DNA from: Lingula anatina
Taxonomy: Eukaryota > Animalia > Brachiopoda
Direction of reading: 5' to 3'
NCBI GenBank assembly: GCA_051362555.1
Contig: CM120640.1
Location: 23,174,225-23,238,224, forward strand
Length of the DNA stretch: 64,000 bases
Under the pieces are notes generated by a model. The model worked only from the letters and a program-made list of their open reading frames with translations, was not told the DNA's origin and ran no database searches. Made by a program: the position numbers and the translations under genes. Every line of letters begins with the position of its first letter. The stretch's first letter is position 1. Shown piece after piece: positions 59,516 through 64,000 of this stretch.

Positions 59516-62500
59516 TATCTAGACTGCAGAAAAAGGGGGATAATTTGTATTTGTGCTAGATCTTCAATGGCATGCTATTCTACAACCTTCTTTTTCTGAT
59601 TGAGAAAGACAGAGAGAGAAAATAGTCATTTAAGAAAGAGTTATGTTTCACGTCTTGTGAAATGGAAGCTGTCTCCATAACTTCATTTCCTACATTAAGA
59701 AAAGAGGGCCAGAAAATCACCAAATAAATAAAATATTTGTATAAACCATGACAAATAAAATATTTGTATAAACCATGACAAAGTCCAGGGATTTATGCTA
59801 TGTGGCATGAAACAATGTAAACTTTGCTAAAATTCTCACTCATAAAAAACAAAAAATATTTATGGTTGAAAAGGTTCCAGGAATACTGATGTCATCATGG
59901 TACCATGACTAGTATTTTTCCCCCTGGAAGCAAGTTGTAGTATAGTATACTCTCACTTGATGAAGATGCAAATTCAAAATTTTTTCAGGGTATTTTTATG
60001 CCCCTCTTAATACTTGTGGTTAGTGAGTAAACCTCTTGAGGTTTATTGGTATTGTTTAAAGAAATAATAATTGTTTACTGTGTCAGGCTCTGGGGTTCCC
60101 CAGTAGATTGCACATGAATCATTTCTTAAAGCTGGAGGATAATGGGATACCTTTATCATCCCCCTGGCATCAATAAAAAAAAGCCGTTGAAAATTAAATT
60201 GATTGTTAAGTCTTTCATTTCTCCCCAGGCCAGTGTTTGGTTATGTATGAAGAAAAGGAATAAAGAGAGGCCGATGGTTCATAATGTTTATTATTAAGTA
60301 TTACAAGCAGTGCATTAGGCAGTTTAACATAAACTTGCCTTAAGTGATTAAACATAAACTGAATACATTATCTTCAAAGAAATAAAAGAAGATATTTTAA
60401 CATGAATTAACATAAATGTGACAGATTTTGCACAAAAAGCACAAGTCATGTAGAGAAAGACAGAACAGAGATATGTAGTGTGAAATATAAATATATATTT
60501 ATGTAGATGTCCCCTATATTTCTGAATGCAGTTTGATGTTTAATCAATGCAGGTGAATGCCCCTGGCTGGTCTCCCAATGCTATCCCCAAATGCTATCTA
60601 CACTGACTGAAGTTTAAATAATTAGTTCATCAAGATCTGGCTTAGGTGGAGGTGCAGTGTTCCCAATGTTCTCAGAGTATTGCACCTCCCAATGTTCTTC
60701 CAATGTTCTCAGAAAACCAACCAAATTTTGATGCTATCCATAAAAACTTTAAGATTACCTCAAAGCAAATTATTTAACTAATTATCAGGTAATTAGATCA
60801 AGTTATTGAAAATAATGCATATGGAAATGACTGTGTGAAATCTAAAATCTAAAGAGAAAAGTTGCAATAAATGAACAGAATTGTGCATGAATCTACCAAT
60901 TACAGATGTTAGTTTTGTCAGTAGGGGTAAGCTTGCAGTTTATAGAATATTCTGGGGAAATGAAGTGTAGCTGTAATATAAACATTGGATTCTTTACATT
61001 CCCAACAGAATATAAAGTTCTTTAATTTAATTCTGATATAAATAACAAAAAATATATTGTGCAATTTTTTAACTTTGTACTGAAGAAAATTGTAGGCTCC
61101 ACAAGATTTTTGAAACCACAAGATTGTCCAGTATAGATCTAAATTTAAATGTTGTTTTGTTCATTACAACATCTTTTATTTGCATGATTGCCATTTGATC
61201 TTGCTGTAAGATCAAATGTTAATTTTTGTTATCCACAGGGCATAAATTCACTTCAGTTAACATCCATTTGACATTGTATATGTGGTCTTTTTATTACTAT
61301 GAGCAGACATTTGTTGTTTTTATCTTGTAATTGCAGAGTACCGTGTTGTCATTGGTGTGCACTGGTCCTTTTCCGGAGTTTTGGAACTGGAAATTCATTG
61401 TAGGGATTACCACTTTTAAGGATTGCTGCCATTCCCACAAAATCTCTTATCATTGCTGAATATCCCTTGCTATTTTTTTAAGTTTTCAGTAAGTGGGTGT
61501 GGAATAATGGAGTTTGATGGGTTCAAAAGAAGAAAATATTTTATATTTGAAAGCTCAGTATATGTCTGGAATATTGTCTCAAAAAGCAGTACACAAATAA
61601 CACAAATTAAATTGGTGAATATATACAGTTGTGCAAAAGATTTCAGAACTTGAAGATAAAACAAACAGAAGAATATCCATGGATAAATTATTTCAGCTTT
61701 CGTTCATTGCTCCACCTCACTCCTCTGCCATTATTTTTACACAAAGGCATAAGATATTAGACTTGAATGATCTCAGATGATTTCCATTGTAAATAAAATT
61801 TGATTTTGCTTTATTCAAAGTTCCCACCCTGAAAATATGTTTTGAGTTTCACACTTTTCAAAAGCTGAATTTTTGCATGAAACCCGAAAATCAGTCAGCT
61901 GTTGCCACATTACCTGGCCAGAAACCTCCTTAAAATGTATGTTGGTAAATAAATGTGTCTGCTGTAACTGTGCTGGATTTGCGTCAAAGTTTCCTGACTT
62001 ATAGTCTAATGACATGTACAATGTACTTAACATGACAGGGGACTGATAACACTGCAGAGACAATGAATGCTGCATGGATAAGTGCACTCCAGCAGCACGT
62101 AAGACAATATTTCACACGCACCATTACAACAGTGGAATAAATGTTGAGTGTTATTGTCTAGGGCTTATGACCAATACTGCTGCACCATCTCTTCCTTATA
62201 TATGTAGTGTTGATTGGAGAGAGTATTGAAGTCAGTCATGTAAAGATGCAAGGGTAATTTTGATTAAGGATAGCTTAAAGGCAAGATGCTTAAAGCTGTA
62301 TAAGTGTATCATGTACACATATCCAATTGTTGCAGTTAATATTTCCCAAAAAATTTTTAACCCTAATTTCTTCAGTGAATTTGTAATTTTGTATTACTAA
62401 TAAGTGACATTTTAGAATCCTGATAATTCCAAAATTTAAGATGTCTAAAGTGATGGTTGAGGAAGCATTACTCATCCAATTTTGGTATGTTTTGAAAGGA

Positions 62501-64000
62501 ACTTAACAGCGAGCATTACTGTTTTGAAATAAAAAAAGCTTGCTCAACTGTATCTGTAGTATTTGAAATTGGAATTGCAGGTATTGCTACTTATACAAGT
62601 TGTTATGTGATTTTGATGCATTTTATACTCCTTTATTGCGGAGTTGGCATCCGTGAATGGCTCAAAAGAATATTAATGGAACGGTAATGTCTGTATCCGT
62701 CTTAGCTTCTGTGGGAAGAAGGAGAAATCCGCGACGCATCATTTCTGAGTGTTATTACTTCCTATTTAGTCATCTAAATGACAAGATATTTTTTAGCAAA
62801 TTTTCTTGCTGGTGCTGAAAAAAATTTCAAAGTAAATTTTACTTTTGGAACTCATTTGTTTTTGGTTTTTTAATGATGTTGCAAAAAAATATCAAAACAA
62901 GAAAACTGATCATTTTCAGATATATTATTATTCCATTTGATCTAATATTAATAATCATACTTGAACAAGTACAGGAATTATACATGCATTATATATACAT
63001 ATGTATAAAATGTAAAATGTTAAATTTCTTGTACACAACAAAAATATGGATAAATCACATTTTTTCAGCATATATCAGAGAGATATCACAGTTCCACAGA
63101 TTATATTGACTAGAAGAGAATGCATTTGGAACTTTTGGCTGAAATATGGAACTGCCAGTGTAGCAAATTATACCTACTAGACAAAAACTTTAAACTTCAT
63201 ACAGATATTCTAAACTATGAACAAGAATACATAGTACTTTACTTTGAGTGAAAAGAAAGAAAGTGTTGATTTAAAAAAAAAAAAACATTGACATTGAAGT
63301 TTCGATTGGTTCTGCTTGTGACTGTGAATTAAACAATTTTAATTGCTTTCTCATTGTCTGAGATATGATCATCAACACCCATTGTTTCAAGCATATTGAA
63401 ACTTCAGTTAAGTAAAGTTCTGAGCTGACGAGTCACTATGTTCTATGCCAGCAAGGCCATTCATGTTTTCTACCACAATCCATTTTGCAAAGTATATCCC
63501 CATTTGTGATTTTCTCTCTCATGTTCCCACTAATTACTTGCATGATAACCCCTCTTTCTTTCCCTAATTACTGTAGTTGTCAGAACCAGTGCCTTACTCA
63601 AGTTTGTACAGATGTTATCAGAAAGATCCCAGCTTCAGTAAAGAAGCAATTTACATACTAATACCAATTATGAATTAGAACTGTATGACCTTATGGTACA
63701 GTACATAAGTTGCTCTTATGAGTGTTAGAGGTGGGTGAGATAGTGACTCTATCCTCCCCATTTAATTAAAATATGTAAGATTGTTAACTTATAAGGATTC
63801 GATGACTTCTGCACAATTCAGAATTGGTACTATGTGTACATCTGATGAGAAACAGTGTATGATGGTGAAGGATTTGAAATTTCTACAATCTGAAACAATC
63901 ACATTAAACTGTAACTTTTTTAAAAATAGCCTAGTAAAAATTCAAACTGATGTGAGAAAAGGAAAGCATAAAAGAGATCAGTTGCTTACTGTATCAGCCA

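Overview
AT-rich, intron-containing animal genomic DNA. It is probably a lophotrochozoan or mollusc, which I infer from the gene and repeat content; it is not prokaryotic. I rebuilt five spliced genes by hand from splice signals and reading frame: (1) a gene with a lysozyme-like N-terminal domain fused to a VWA domain (minus strand, runs off the window start); (2) FoxM1 (minus, 7 coding exons, one GC-AG intron); (3) CIMIP2C/FAM166C/C2orf70 (plus); (4) a CIB1/CIB4-type EF-hand gene (minus); (5) VPS28 (plus, 7.5-kb last intron). After ~42.8 kb I find no recognisable gene, only a 3.2-kb TIR element with a nested MITE and enhancer-like motif clusters. Four observations stand out. First, CIB carries three tandem 89-nt paralogous exons that can only be used one at a time and swap EF-hand 4. 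Second, a ~3.1-kb 'satellite' is built of complete exon-plus-mini-intron units, with two exon types whose phases complement each other and together encode an acidic 41-aa repeat. Third, the VWA gene's N-terminal domain carries bacterial/phage lysozyme-like motifs. Fourth, the CIMIP2C-CIB tail-to-tail pairing mirrors human C2orf70-CIB4. No database searches or expression data were available, so all homology calls come from recognising motifs.
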